From NCBI GenBank assembly GCA_964016885.1, contig OZ024741.1, positions 281,976,001 through 282,040,000 on the forward strand: DNA of 64,000 bases. Reading direction: 5' to 3'. A program made the translations under genes and the position numbers. The DNA is from Eledone cirrhosa (Eukaryota). Positions 40,201 through 53,853 of the stretch are shown here, one piece after another. Within the stretch, counting starts at the first letter, position 1; every line of letters starts with the position of its first letter. The notes under the pieces are model-generated. The model was given only the letters and a program-made list of their open reading frames with translations. It searched no databases and was not told the DNA's origin.

Positions 40201-43200
40201 TTATCAAAAAAAATATTTGAAACATAAGTAATGTTCAAAAATCCAAGTTGATAATGAGAAAGTTTGTCATATTATTAAATCTCTCTTTACGTCGTGAGTT
40301 CAAATTCCACCGATGTTAGCTTTGCCTTTCATCCTTACGGGGTCGATAAAATAATGTACCAGTAATGCACTGGGGTCAATTTAATCAACTTTCCTCTCCC
40401 CGAAAATTGTTGGCCTTGTGTCTAAATCAGAAACCATTATTAAATATCTCCAAATTCTTTATTTTCAAAATGCCTTGAAAATCCTCAGTAGTGTCTAACA
40501 TGAGAAATATGGTAATAAAAAGTTTAATAATAATAATAATTGTTTCTACTTTAGGCACAAGGCCAGCAATTACCCAGAGCATTACTGGTACTTTATTTTA
40601 TTGACCCCGTAAGGATGAAAGGCAAAGTCAACCTCGGCGGGATTTGAACTCAGATCGTAAAGGGACGTAACTATGCTGGAAAGCATGGCGTCCGACCCTC
40701 TACCGATACTGCCAATCCACCGCCCTATAATAATAATAAGAGAAAAACATGAAAGAAAACAAAATGAAGGTGGAAACTACCTTGGCTGGCTTGCTATTTG
40801 GTTCATCAATACAAACAGTTAAGGCTTCTTGTAAAGTAGGAATAGTCATTCTAATTGTATGTAAGCAGTTAGCAATGAAATTCTGAAGCTGCTTTTTACC
40901 TACAAGACTATCGTGGTGTCTCATGCATACTTTGTTTAGTAACAGCAGCTCGTCAGACAATTCCTAGAGTATAAAGATAATAAAGATCCCAAATAGAAAC
41001 AAGTCAAATATAGAACTATCAAATAAAAACAGTAAAAAGATAATAAAAAACCTAAACAGAAACATGTCAGACAAAACTATCATTACAGGTCACCATTTAA
41101 CATCAATTTTCCATGCTAGCATGAGTTAGATGAGTTATCCTGTTGTGAGACAAGTCAGATCAGGGGACCAATCCTTGCCCATATATATATCTGTTTCTAG
41201 CTTGGTTTCTATGGCTGGATGGCTTTCCTAATGCAAACCTTGTCGACAGATCTATTCAAAATTGAATATTTAAATCTATCTTAGTAAACCTTATAACAAG
41301 GAAAAAACCGCCAGAATTGTTACAAATGGATAGAAAAGTGATACAAACTTGAACTATGCTCAAACATGGTCATTTTCATTTCTCTCATTGTCACATAACC
41401 ATTGTTCACACACACACACACACACACACACTATATATATATATATATTTATATAGCAAATTAAGATGATAGAATAGATTTCTCAAATCCTTTAATAGCC
41501 TTACAAATTGGCAATATTGATTCTTTTTGGTTAACACACACACACACTCTCTCTTTGTTGCTACACACACACATATACATACAGGGTGTAGATTTTAAAT
41601 TGGCACATCTTTTTAAACATAAATAAAATACTATTTTGAAAGTTATGATGTAAACTAATATTGCTTTCCTTTCATATTGTACCTGGCTTTAAACAAATGG
41701 TGAACACTGACACATTAAGAGAGTACAAGTGGTGTGAGGAGTGGAAAAGTAAGGTGAAGAAAGAGTTATAAGAGTAATTTTGACGATGACAATGTGGCAG
41801 CTAGGAAAACTAATAATTGCAGTAAACAAAGGGTGAAAGATGCTAATTTCATCCTGAAAGTTGAGCAGTTCATTAAGGTAGAACCCCTCCATTGGGATAT
41901 ATGAGATTGCTGGGCAACTGATCTGTGATGTGAAGACTGTTAGGAGTTGTGTGAATGAAGACCTTTGTTAAAAGTATTATATGATGCAGACAAGGCAGCT
42001 GCTGACTCAGAAACTCAAGGAGAACCACATGTGAAGAGGCGCAAGAAGCTATTGAACAAGTTGAAGCATCCCCTGGAATCAAACATGCGATATTTCTCAG
42101 ACGAAAAAAACTTTTCCTTGAACAAGGTATACAACAAGCAGAATAACAGGTGGCTAGCAGTTAGCCCACATGATGTTCCTAAGTTTCCTGTCAGCAGATT
42201 GGCAGAATTGTTAGATTAACATTTAGTTAGAGTTCAAATACCACTGCAATCAACTTTACCTTTCATCTCCACAGTCAAGAAAATAAAGTACCAGTAAAGT
42301 ACTGTGGTTGATATAATTGACTCCTCCTCCACCACACACACACAAAAACTGCTGGTCTTGTGCCTAAATTTCATCTTGACTAACCCTGCCCCACCTCTCC
42401 TAACGCTGCTGAAAGAGGAAATCAATGTTTTCTAAAGCTAATAGATCTAATCTATTCACAGATATCTGTAATTAGAAAATGCCCTGCATATCACTTGAGT
42501 ACATTATTGGTTCATAATCAATTGCTGCTGAATGTGGTGGAGGTATAACCTTTCTCTACTTCTACCTAGTATTGTCATTGTTGTTGTTACTGCTGCAATT
42601 GTTAGTCGTAATGTTGCTGTAATATTGGTTTAACTAATGACAAGGTGAAAATAAAATATACAACAGTTTATTGTTCTTATGATGATGATGATGATGATCT
42701 TGGTGGTGTTGATGATGATGATGATGATGATGTGTATGAAATAAAGTATTAAATGGGAGAGCTTACATATTTCAACAGAAGATGTGATGCTTTCTATCAA
42801 TAACATTTTCTAATATTAGGGGTAGGGGGAAGTCAGTTAAATCAATTCCCAGTACATGACTGGTACTTTATTTTATTGACTTCGGAAAGAGAGAATGGGT
42901 CAAAGGTGGCAGATAGTGATACAGCTACCAGATATGATGGTTAAGCAACCTCGGACCAACAGTGATAAAATACTAGGGGAGATGGAGCAATGGGTGACAC
43001 TTGTAGCTCCCAAGAAAACTCTCACAACCCAGTGATGTTGCTATGACAAAGCAAGTAAAGGTCACCTCTTTGTGGGTTTCAGAAAGTACCAGATTGGTGA
43101 CTGGCATGAATAAGGCCACCAAAACTGCAATATGGTGAGAGGGACGAAAAAGAACCATACTGCATCATCCTTCATGCAGGTTAACAAGGGACACGTTCAA

Positions 43201-46200
43201 GCTTTAGGTAGAGTGGCCTGTTGGAAAAATATATTTCAGTCTCCATTTTATGCTGCAAAAACTGGTGATAGGCCTGCAATCTGTCCTCAGAGGCGTGGGA
43301 TGGATGCACAAAGTTTGCATATCCCAAGACGCCAAAGAGGGTTTGGAAGGGAGTAAACTTTGACAATTAGAACCTGGAACATCACAACACTTACAGGTAA
43401 GGAGAAGGAACTAGAGGAAGATGCTACTGGCTAAATATAGTCAGGGTTTCCTTAACAAAGTTCCATGGCTCTGAAGGAGGATGGAAACTTCATTATTCAG
43501 GTGTGGCACCAGAAATGACTGCACAGGTGGGAGTGGGGATACTCAGAGAACGTGTTATGGACTGGATCCCATTAGTAGGGAAGATTTGCTCTTGAAGCAT
43601 AAGCTGAAAGATAGGTCTCTGTGGGTGGTGCAAGTTTATGCACCAGACAAGGAGTCAGAATACAGATCCTTTCTTGATGAAGTCACTGTAGCATTAGATG
43701 GGGAATCAGGGCAGAGATCAACAATTGATTTTGATCTCTGATCTCTTTGATTCTGTGCTGGATGTTCATGTTAATTGAGGGGCTGATCTGTCAACTGATT
43801 ACCATCTAGTTATCTGGTGCAATAAGTAGCAGCAAGTGCCCACAGAATACTAGCTCATTCCATTGCACAGATGGTTCTATAGAAATAGTGGACACCTTCC
43901 GTTACCTGGGTGACAAAATCAGCAGTGGGGGAGGGTGCTCTGAAAGTACAGTAGCTAGAGTCAGAACTGGATGGAAAAAGTTCAGAGAGCTTATACCACT
44001 ATTGACCGCTAAAGGGTTCTCTCTAAAAATGAAAGGCAGGCTGTATGATGCCTGCATACGAACAGCAATGTTACATGGCAGTGAGACCTGGGCATTGTGT
44101 GCAGAGGATATACGCAGACTAGAGAGGAACGAAGCTTGCATGCTCCGCTGGATGTGTAATAGTAATATACGTGAACGGCAAAGCATAAACGAACTAAGGG
44201 AAAAATTAGAAATAAGAGGGATCAGATGTTGTTTACTCGAGAGAAGACTACGTTGGTACGGTCACGTGATGCGCATGAAAGACAGCTGTATAAAAAAGTG
44301 CAGGGCAATAAAAATAGACGGTAGCCACGGAGTAGGCAGACCCAGAAAAACCTGGGACGACTTGATAAATTCTGACCTCACACACTTACACCTCTCCAAG
44401 ACAATGTCACTGGACCGAGATCTTTGGCGGTACTCAGTAATAGAGAAGACCCGCCTTACCTAAATACAAAGTAAAACCTACTACAGTCAGTAGGCACCTC
44501 TAACAAAAATACACCCCCATCCCACTACCCCACCCCATCCACACCACCCCTTTCAATGTAAAGTTATGTTGGTACCACAATATCCAGTCCGAAACAAATG
44601 AGGTTGTGTAGGTGTCACGACAAAAAACACACAGTCCACGCTGTAATGTGGCCGTGTAGGTAACACGGTAAAAACATCCCAGTCCACACTGTAAATGTGG
44701 TTGGTATTAGGAAGGGCATCCAGCTGTAGAAACCCGCCAGACAGTCCTATGCGAGCAAGACAACCACTCTTGCTTCAAGTGGGAAAACTCCCGTCCAAAC
44801 CCATGCAAGCGTGGAAGATGGATGTTAAACGATGATGATGATGATGATGATTATCTGCAATTTGAGACTACTTAAAGCCAAAGAAGCCCCAAAAAACTGG
44901 CAGGTCCAGGGCAACCTACAGGATAATGTGGGGAGCATTGCTGGATAAAGAAGTTATAACCAGGTATGTACTATTAGATCCAAATTCAGAGAACTCTCAG
45001 AGCAAATGAGAACATTGAGACAGAGAGCAGATTGTTCCGCTCAGCTGTTAAATGCTGCAGGCAAAAGAGGCTTGATGTGGCACTGGATGGCAGGAGGACC
45101 CCTTGGTTCAATCAAGAGGTCATAGATGCCATCAGAGCAAAGAAGGATGCCTACAAAGCCTGGCTTCAAAATAAGTTCTCCTCATTGCACTTGCAGTACA
45201 AGAAGGCATGAAGAATCGCACAGAGACAGTAAAGGCATCCAAAGTTAAGACATGAGAGGGCTTTGGAGTTAAGCTGGAATCCGACTTCAGATCAGCAACT
45301 AAAGTGTTCCAGCATACCGTCTGCCGATTTTGCAATAAGAAGTCCACTTCCCCACCTGCTATCAGAAACATATCTGGGGTTTTCCTATCCTCAGAGGTGC
45401 ATCCTTGTGAGGTGGAAAGAATACTTTGCTGATCTCCTAAACCTGATCACAACAGCATCTTCTGATGTACACAAGGTGCATTTGGGAGTAGTGACTAATC
45501 TCTCAGGAGCTGAGATCATAAGAGCAGTTAAAGAGCTCAAATGTGGAAAGAAGCTTTAAATAGAAAAGGTATTCTCTGGCTGGCTCATGTGTGCCAGGTG
45601 GCCTGGATCTCTGGAAAGGCACCTAAGCAATGGCAATCAGGAATGATAATCCCAATTTTCCAAAAGGGAGACAAGAGAGATTGTTCCAATTACAGAGGGA
45701 TCTCCTTGTTAAGTCTCTCTGGTAAAGTCTATGCTAATTGTCTGGCAAAGAAATGCAGTAAGATTGTCAAATCACTCCAGGTAGAGCCGCTACTTCTCCG
45801 AATTGAGAGATCACAGCTCTGATACTATGGGCATGTGGTAAGAATGTCTCAGGAGACCATGGGGTAGACCCTAAGTGAGATGGTTTGATAACAACCATGG
45901 GCTTGGCTGGTGTCACTTGGGGATCCAGCCGGATCAGTTAGAGATGTTTGCTTCTGACATGACCCGCTGGAAGGAGTGTTTGAGACTCTTCCCCACAACT
46001 GTTGCAAGAAGAAAAAGAAGAAAAAGTAAAGAAGAAGAAGTAAAGAAGAAGAAGTAAAGAAGAAGAGAAGAAGAAGAAATAAAGAAGAAGAGAAGAAGAA
46101 GAAGTAAAGAAGAAGAGAAGAAGAAGTAAAGAAGAAGGGGTTAAGAGCTCATGGAGCCATGGACATGGCCTTTATATGTCAGAAATAAGTAAAGAATGGC

Positions 46201-49200
46201 TGTATTTTTTAATGAAAGAATGTTACTTACCTTGAAATATTTGCTTACCAACTCTGGATTTGTACTGTTCATGTTCAGGTAAGCTACTCTGTTTTTAATC
46301 CGACTTACAATCCTCGGTAATTCTTTGAGTTCTGACTTACTGGCTATAATTAACACCTGAAGAAAAAAAAATGAAAAATATATCTTCTTCTTCCACTTAT
46401 CCGTGGGAGGGCCGCATAGACAGAGTCCTGACACACCTTCCAAGGGGTCCTATCAGAAGCAACTGACTCTGAATGGTCTGGTTGAATTCCCATGCAAGAT
46501 CAACCTAATTATCTTAGGAATGTTATCTAACCATCTTGCTTGTGGTATACCAATGGGTCTCCTGCCAGTTGGCTTTACCCATAAAAATCTGTCCTGCGAT
46601 CCTTTCCTTAGACCTTCTAACCACATATATATTATTATCAAGAATGGTACAGACGCAAAACTCAATTTACATTGAGTTCAAATCCTAAGACTTACATTGT
46701 TTTCAAACTTCCCATGATTGATAAAACAAATACCAGTTATTGTTGTATTTGTTTAGCCTCCATATTAGTCCTGACCAAGCAGATCTAGAAGTAAAAGCTT
46801 TCCAGTCAGTACTGTCTTGTCTCTTTTGCAGACATAGTGTATTAAGGACCACACTATCTAATGTGTCTTTTTTTTTAAGATCGCAAAGTGTGATTTGAGG
46901 AAAATTTGATTATTATTTCTAACAACTAGGTGACTACAATAAAATACTACACTACCCCAGAACAATACTACAATACATTTCTAAGAACACTGTTTCTCCC
47001 CCAAAATATGTTACTTTGTTTCTGTATGTCAAATTTCCATCACTTGACCAACATTCTACTGATGACCATCTGTTAGATCCAAGACTAGATTATTCCATTC
47101 ATTCATCCATTTAAGGACGGTATATGAAATTTGAAGGAGATTTATCTGCTATTTCAGGCAAGTCAAGCAGTCACGTAGAGGCTTCGCCATTGGCTTATAG
47201 CTCATTGGTTCAAGATAACCTCAGTATTCTACCTGGTCACATATCCAAACTACAATGCCGTAGCACATTCCCAACCACTACCATTCAGGAGGATTCAATG
47301 CACAAAACATATCCTGATATCCTGGTATAAAAGAAAAAATATATACTTAACAGTAGAGGTAACAAAAGTAAACTCTTATTAGATCATTTATAATCAACAC
47401 CAACACCCTTGGGTACCCCAATGTAGTGGTATAAACTGCTAGAATAAGCAATCAAATATACATCATTACAATTATCATCTTAAAAAAAAAAGAAGATATA
47501 TGATCATAATCATCGTCCACTTCCCATACTGCCATGGGTTGGACAGAATATTTTGACACAATGCTTTACAGCTTCCTGATAGTTGCCTCCCACAATGTGC
47601 AAGAATACAGTGTACCTATTCTAAAAAAGGACAAACACATGAGAGAATTTAATCTGAAACAAATATATAAATATATAAGAAAGTAAGTTTTTTATATCTC
47701 ACACCGGGTAGAGATATGGGAAAAAGAGGTTGAAAATGCAACTGGAGTCTTTAAGAAGATTTATTTGTAGTATTTTATGATTTTCAAAAGTTAAGTGAGA
47801 TGGAGAGATGTGGGGTTAACCAGTGATAATGGAAAAAAAATTTGCCAACCTGTCAGATGCGAGACACATTATGGCATAGCCACACGTCTCCATCTCACTT
47901 AACGTTTGGCAGTCATAAAACTGTGAAACTGGTAAAAGGTTTTTGTAAATAAATCTTCTGAAAAATTCCAATTTCTTTTTTTTCATATATACCCATATGC
48001 CAAACTACTCCACCACTGGATGGATGTGCATGGCCACCAGTTTATGACAATGATTGCATAACTGCACTAATGATTGCAAAGTCACATGAATAACCATGTA
48101 ACAGAAATATATATAATGCAATAAACAATTATGGTGATTTGACCCTGTCTTAACTACAATTATTTGATATAGATATATGAGGGTTGGCTGAAAAGTTCAT
48201 AGGCTGATCAAGATACTCTCATGGAATATGATCGAATGAGGTTCATTTTTCAACACACTTCTTCCATTGGTGAAGAAGCTTTCATCCTGCTGGTCAAAAA
48301 AGTCATCAACAGCAGATATGACATCATCATCATTGCAAAACTGGTTTCCAGTCAATTGTTTTTCATGTTGGGGAACAGATAATAGTCAGATGGGGGTCAA
48401 ATCAAGAGAATAGGGAGGGTGATCAACAAGTTCAAAGCCACAGTCATAGATAGCAGCCATTGAAACCAAGGACTTGCGTGCTGGAGCATTGCCCTGATGA
48501 AACAAGACCCCTTTCGTCAGTTTTCCTGAGTATTTGGTCTTGATAGTCTTTTGTAATGACCTCAGCAAGTTGGCACAGTACTCTCCATTAATAGTATGAT
48601 ACTTTTGAAGATAGTTAGTAAACACAATGTCTTTTGCATCCTAAAATACTGAGGCCATTACCTTCCCTGCAGATGTAACGACATTGGCCTTCTTTGGAGC
48701 AGATGGAGAGGGGGTGTTTCCACTGCGGATTGTCTCTTTGTTTCTGACTTAAAGTGACGAGCGCAACAGTCATCCTGGGTTAGGAAATATTCAAGGAAAC
48801 CAGCTGGATCCTGCTCAATTTTCACGTGATGTAATCAGCCTGGTGCACTTTTAATCAGGTGTCAGAAGACATGGCACCTCCAGAGCAGAAACCTTCGACA
48901 TGCCAAGTTCATTGTGCAGAATATTCTCAACTCTCTCACAGGATATGCTAATAGCATTGGTATTTGATTTATAGTCAATTGCCCATCATCCATCACCATG
49001 TGATGAACATGATCAATGTTTTTCTTAGTGGTGGCAGTTGCAGGATGTCCAAACTTTAGATCATCTTCAAGACTATTTTCCCCTCCTAATTTCAGCTGCC
49101 TACTTTTGCACTGTTGATAAAACTGGAGTGTCATCCCCTAATGTAGCAGCCATGTCAGCATGAATGTCTTTGGGGTATAAACCCTTTTTCTGCAGGTACT

Positions 49201-52200
49201 TGATAACACCACGATGCCGAATTTCATCCATTTTCAAGAGAAGTCGCTACTAGTTACTTTTGAAGTCTTCTTTCAACAGTCAGAAAAAATGCAGTTATTG
49301 AGTTGAATTAATGCATGCAAGATTTCACAGTCCTAGCATCAGTCCTTTATAGTCAGCCTAGGAACTTTTCATCCCACCCTCATATATATATATATATATA
49401 TATGGATGCATACCTGGAATGTCTGCTCCAGCACTTGTTTGGCAGCATTAATCAACTGTCTGCACATGTTAGTACTTGCATCATGCTCCAGTTGATTCAT
49501 GGTTCTATAAATTTCCTTACTGGCATCTTGAAGTTGTTGACAGGCTTGGAACATCTGAGTTTTCAAATACTGTTAAGAAAAAAAACCAAATATGACATTC
49601 TCCAGTAATAATAATAATATTAATTAAACCTACTGAATTTTTAAAAATCATACTTTAAACAACCAAATTAAACTTTTTAACAATGTTTTCTGCCAGGAGT
49701 TGCAACTGGTAGATAGTACCAGCAATGAAAAAAACCAATGGAAACATTGTTTCCTTGGTCCAATTTGACATGTTCCATTGTACTCAGTAAGCAAATGAGG
49801 CCTGAGATCTTATCGATTGATTCCTAATTACAATGTTTTACACTCGTCCTTACATTCTGGTTTAACTGGGATAGTATTTTTGCAAACTTTGTATAATTGT
49901 CTATTGTTAGTGCAGTTGTAGGTGTGCCATTGTGATAGATGATGTGTCTTGAACATTTAAAACTTTGTGGAGCCCATCCTTTTCCAGGTTTGAACACAGC
50001 AGATTACTTCTGAAGAAGGCAGAGAGAAAGTGAGAAAGGAAGCGAGAAAGAACCAGCCCCGGTACTTGACTGGTACTATCAACTTTGAAAGGATGAAGGA
50101 TAAAGTTAACTTCAGATGGATTTGAATTCCAGCTCTATATGTTCTGAGTTCAAATTCTACCGAGGTCAACTTTCATCCTTTTGAGATCAATAAATAAAGT
50201 ACCAGTCAAATACTGTATCAATTCTTCAAGTATATTTCTTTTTCAGCTCTTCTCTCTCACTATATAGCTCTCTATTGCCAGGAGAGATAGTTAGTGATGG
50301 TGAAGCCTAATTTCTAATATTGGACATGTTGTCCAATATTAGAAAGAGTGGTGTGTATGAGATGGATATTTGATATATGTAATAATGGTGGTTTTTCTGT
50401 TGTTAAATGAGACATAACTGATATACTACATTTAGATAATGTGTTCAAGGTCTCTTTTCATGTAGTCAGAACTGATTTGACATGTGTCTAGGCTGAATGT
50501 GGTTTATGGGGTAATGCTACATGTGTATTATGGTGTTAAATTACATGTAGGTTACATGTTTAGGGAAGAGTGAAATGTGATAGTATTTTCTACATGATAG
50601 TAGATGTCATTAGAGGAGGAAGAATATAGGAGACTTAACCAAACCTTAGGGTTCATCAGAGTTGAGAGGGCGTAAGTCAAAAACAGTTTGATCGGTGTAT
50701 GCTGCATTTGTGACAAGAAGTTTCCAGTGTAAATGTTGAAAGACTAGTGGAATCCATACACAAGTAACTGAGCCAGAAGATCGTTAGGATAGATATTGTC
50801 AAATGCTTTGCTGTAGTCATACTAATGAAGAACCACAGATGGCCTGAGTTGATAGGATATTAGACTACTACTGAAGTGTCAGTGATTTATTCATATATTA
50901 TCACTGATACAAGATTCTATTGTGAAGACACTTTATTGTAACAAAATAGGAATAAGAAGATAAGAACAACTGGCTTCTGTAAGATATAAAAGTGTTTCAT
51001 TATATTATAGTAGTGGCTTACCCGAGAAACACCACATGAATCTGATTTTCTAACTTTAACACCCAATGATTTCAAGGACTCTCATAACACTTATGCTCTT
51101 GAGTGAAACAAAAAAGTCAAGCAACTGACTAACTCAGATTTAAGAATGAATATAAAGCTATTTTTCTTACAAGGGTTCAATGTTTTATACTTATAGAAGG
51201 AAAATGAAAATGTGTAGCATCTACACTTTACTGAAAAGATATAAGGAACAGATGTAGAGTAAAATAGTGTTAAATGGAAATCAAACTAGATCACAGACAC
51301 AACTCACTTCTGTTCTGAGGCATTCACCATGATATGAATAAATTATCAAATGGCTAATTAACATATCTAACTTTTCTGTTACCATATTTCTAATGAAAGA
51401 CATTGCTTATGTGTTTCAAATAATGTTGAAAGTAATAAGAAATCTGAAGATACTTAGTAATATAACCAACTTTTGTTATCAAATTGGTGTTTAGAACATA
51501 AAGGTTCTTATATTAAATTATGATGGAAGTTTTTTTTTTTATTATTTAAATAAATATAACACTTTAAAATAGACAGTTTGAAGGCTGGTTTCAGGCAGTT
51601 TAGTAACAAACTGTATTGATAACTGGAAAAACTGATAGAGCCATCATGAATATGTAAATTTTAATTCAACAATGATGATACTCAAAGAGGAATTTGACAA
51701 TGCTGACAATGACGATGACTTTCAATAATCCTATATCTAGTGGAAATACAGCTTTATAAATTTAATCTTATGGCATCAGAAAATATAGCTGTATTCTGTT
51801 TTTCAATTTTCCTTCAGGATATAAAAAAATGAAAGACATGTCTTTAAAGGTGGGGACAGCTCTTAAATAGCACAAAATTGTGTCTATTTCAAGAGAAAGG
51901 TGACTTGAAATTCTCTTTTAGTTGTGATACACCATGGATTCTAATAGTAAAATCACCTCCTGAGGGCAAGTTAGAGATTCAAAATCTCAGATATCAAGAT
52001 TCTACAACTGGCTTTCAAAATTATAATCCAAAATATTTGGACTGGCTGAATCATAAAAGGCTTTGTGGCATTTGTTCCAGCTCTTTACATTCTGAGTTCA
52101 AATCCTTTCATCCTTCTGTGGTAAAAAAAAATAAAGTAAAAGTACTGGGATTGTTATGACTGACTATCCTTTCCCAAAATTACAGGTTTTGTACCAATGT

Positions 52201-53822
52201 TAGAAAGATTTATCAATTTCATTCATTAACCCTTTTGATATCAACCCACCTAAAATTGACTCTGGTATATATAATTTCTAGTGAAACAACTATACAACTG
52301 CTTGCTGGATGATTGCTTTTCTTGATTTTTGGTTGTTTGTCTTTTTGTTTGTTTTTGCTAACTAATTGATAGTGTTTAGTGGAATGAAAGAATATTACTT
52401 AACCCTTTAACATTTACACTACTCTATATATACTATTATATTTTCACAGTAAAAGCTTTATCTCACATAATACCGGTTACAGCTAGTTTGAACCAAAAAA
52501 AAGTGAGAGAATTCTGGCCAGATACAGATAGTTTAATTGCTAAAGGGTTAAAGTTAGTCAATTCTTAATATCCTGTACCATATGAAACCAATTAGCAAGA
52601 CATGCTTGGAAAGTATAAAACAGTAAGGAATAGATTATTGTAGATTTCAGCCCAAGATGCAATAAGATTGAGTAACCAAATCCTGTTACCATTTAGTTTG
52701 TATAAATGGCATATTGATTTAATGATGGAAAGTCCAATTTCAATGATTTTCCATTCTTCTAGAATGGGTTGGATAAGGTTGCAAAATCCTTCTCTCTTGT
52801 CTCAACATTCATAATAGTGATTTTTTATTTAGCCACAAGGCCAGAAAACTTTTGTGAAGTGCAAAGTTGGTGATATCGACCCCAGTACATGACTAAAGGA
52901 TAAAAGGCAGAGTTGACCTCGACAGGGTTTTAACTCAGAATGTAAAGAGGCAGAACAAATACCACAGTGGTATTTTGTCTGATACTCTACCTATTCTGCG
53001 AATCAACCACTCTTTTATATTCATAATATTCCAAGAGAGAAAGAAGAGATAATCTGCATGCAAACAATCACAGAACTACCCAACAGTGAATACCAATATG
53101 GAAAAATATAAAAATAAGGACTTGTGAGAATTTTATACTCTCTCTCTCTATCTCTTTGGTTGACCACATCCTCCATATATTTTGTCACTTTATAAATTCA
53201 TGGTTGACCACATCTTCCATACCCCCTCTCTCACTAAATTTATACTTGACCAAACTGCATATCTCCCCACCTCTTTCTAAGTTTATGTTTGACCTCATCA
53301 TATATATATGTGTGTGTGTGTATAAAGTTCCTGCACCTGGTGCAGCCAGTCATATGAGCACCACTCTCAATCAGGGATTCCCAAACTTTTTCAGATGCAG
53401 AACCCTTTTTTGTTCAAAAACTTTGGGGGGAACCCCAAGTCTAATACTGTTATATGGTCGTAATATAAATATACCCCTCTACTTTTTTTTATGGAACCCC
53501 AGGCACTCCTTTGCGGAACCCACTTTTGGAACCACTGTTCTAGATGTTTGACTGTGTCCATCATGGCATTTCAATGAGCCTTAGAAATGCTTGGTGTTAC
53601 CCATCTTCTCTCCAAGTGTCCAGTCCCTCACTAAGATTAGCCTACTAACAGAAACAGTTACCAGGGTGTGATTGAACAATGTCCTGGAGCCAGAAGTAAA
53701 AGTCAGGTGAGAACCAGTGTACATGTCCATCCCTAAAGATGCTGCTACCAGACTGTACACACCAGTTTTGAGATAATGTTTCTTAAAATCCCGAATAACA
53801 TTGAATATTGTTTTATAAATAA

Positions 53823-53853
<31 letters not shown>

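Noticed and set aside
47740-47975. Imperfect inverted repeat
   Set aside because: Degenerate, with no TSD or motif recognised; probably an old MITE or foldback
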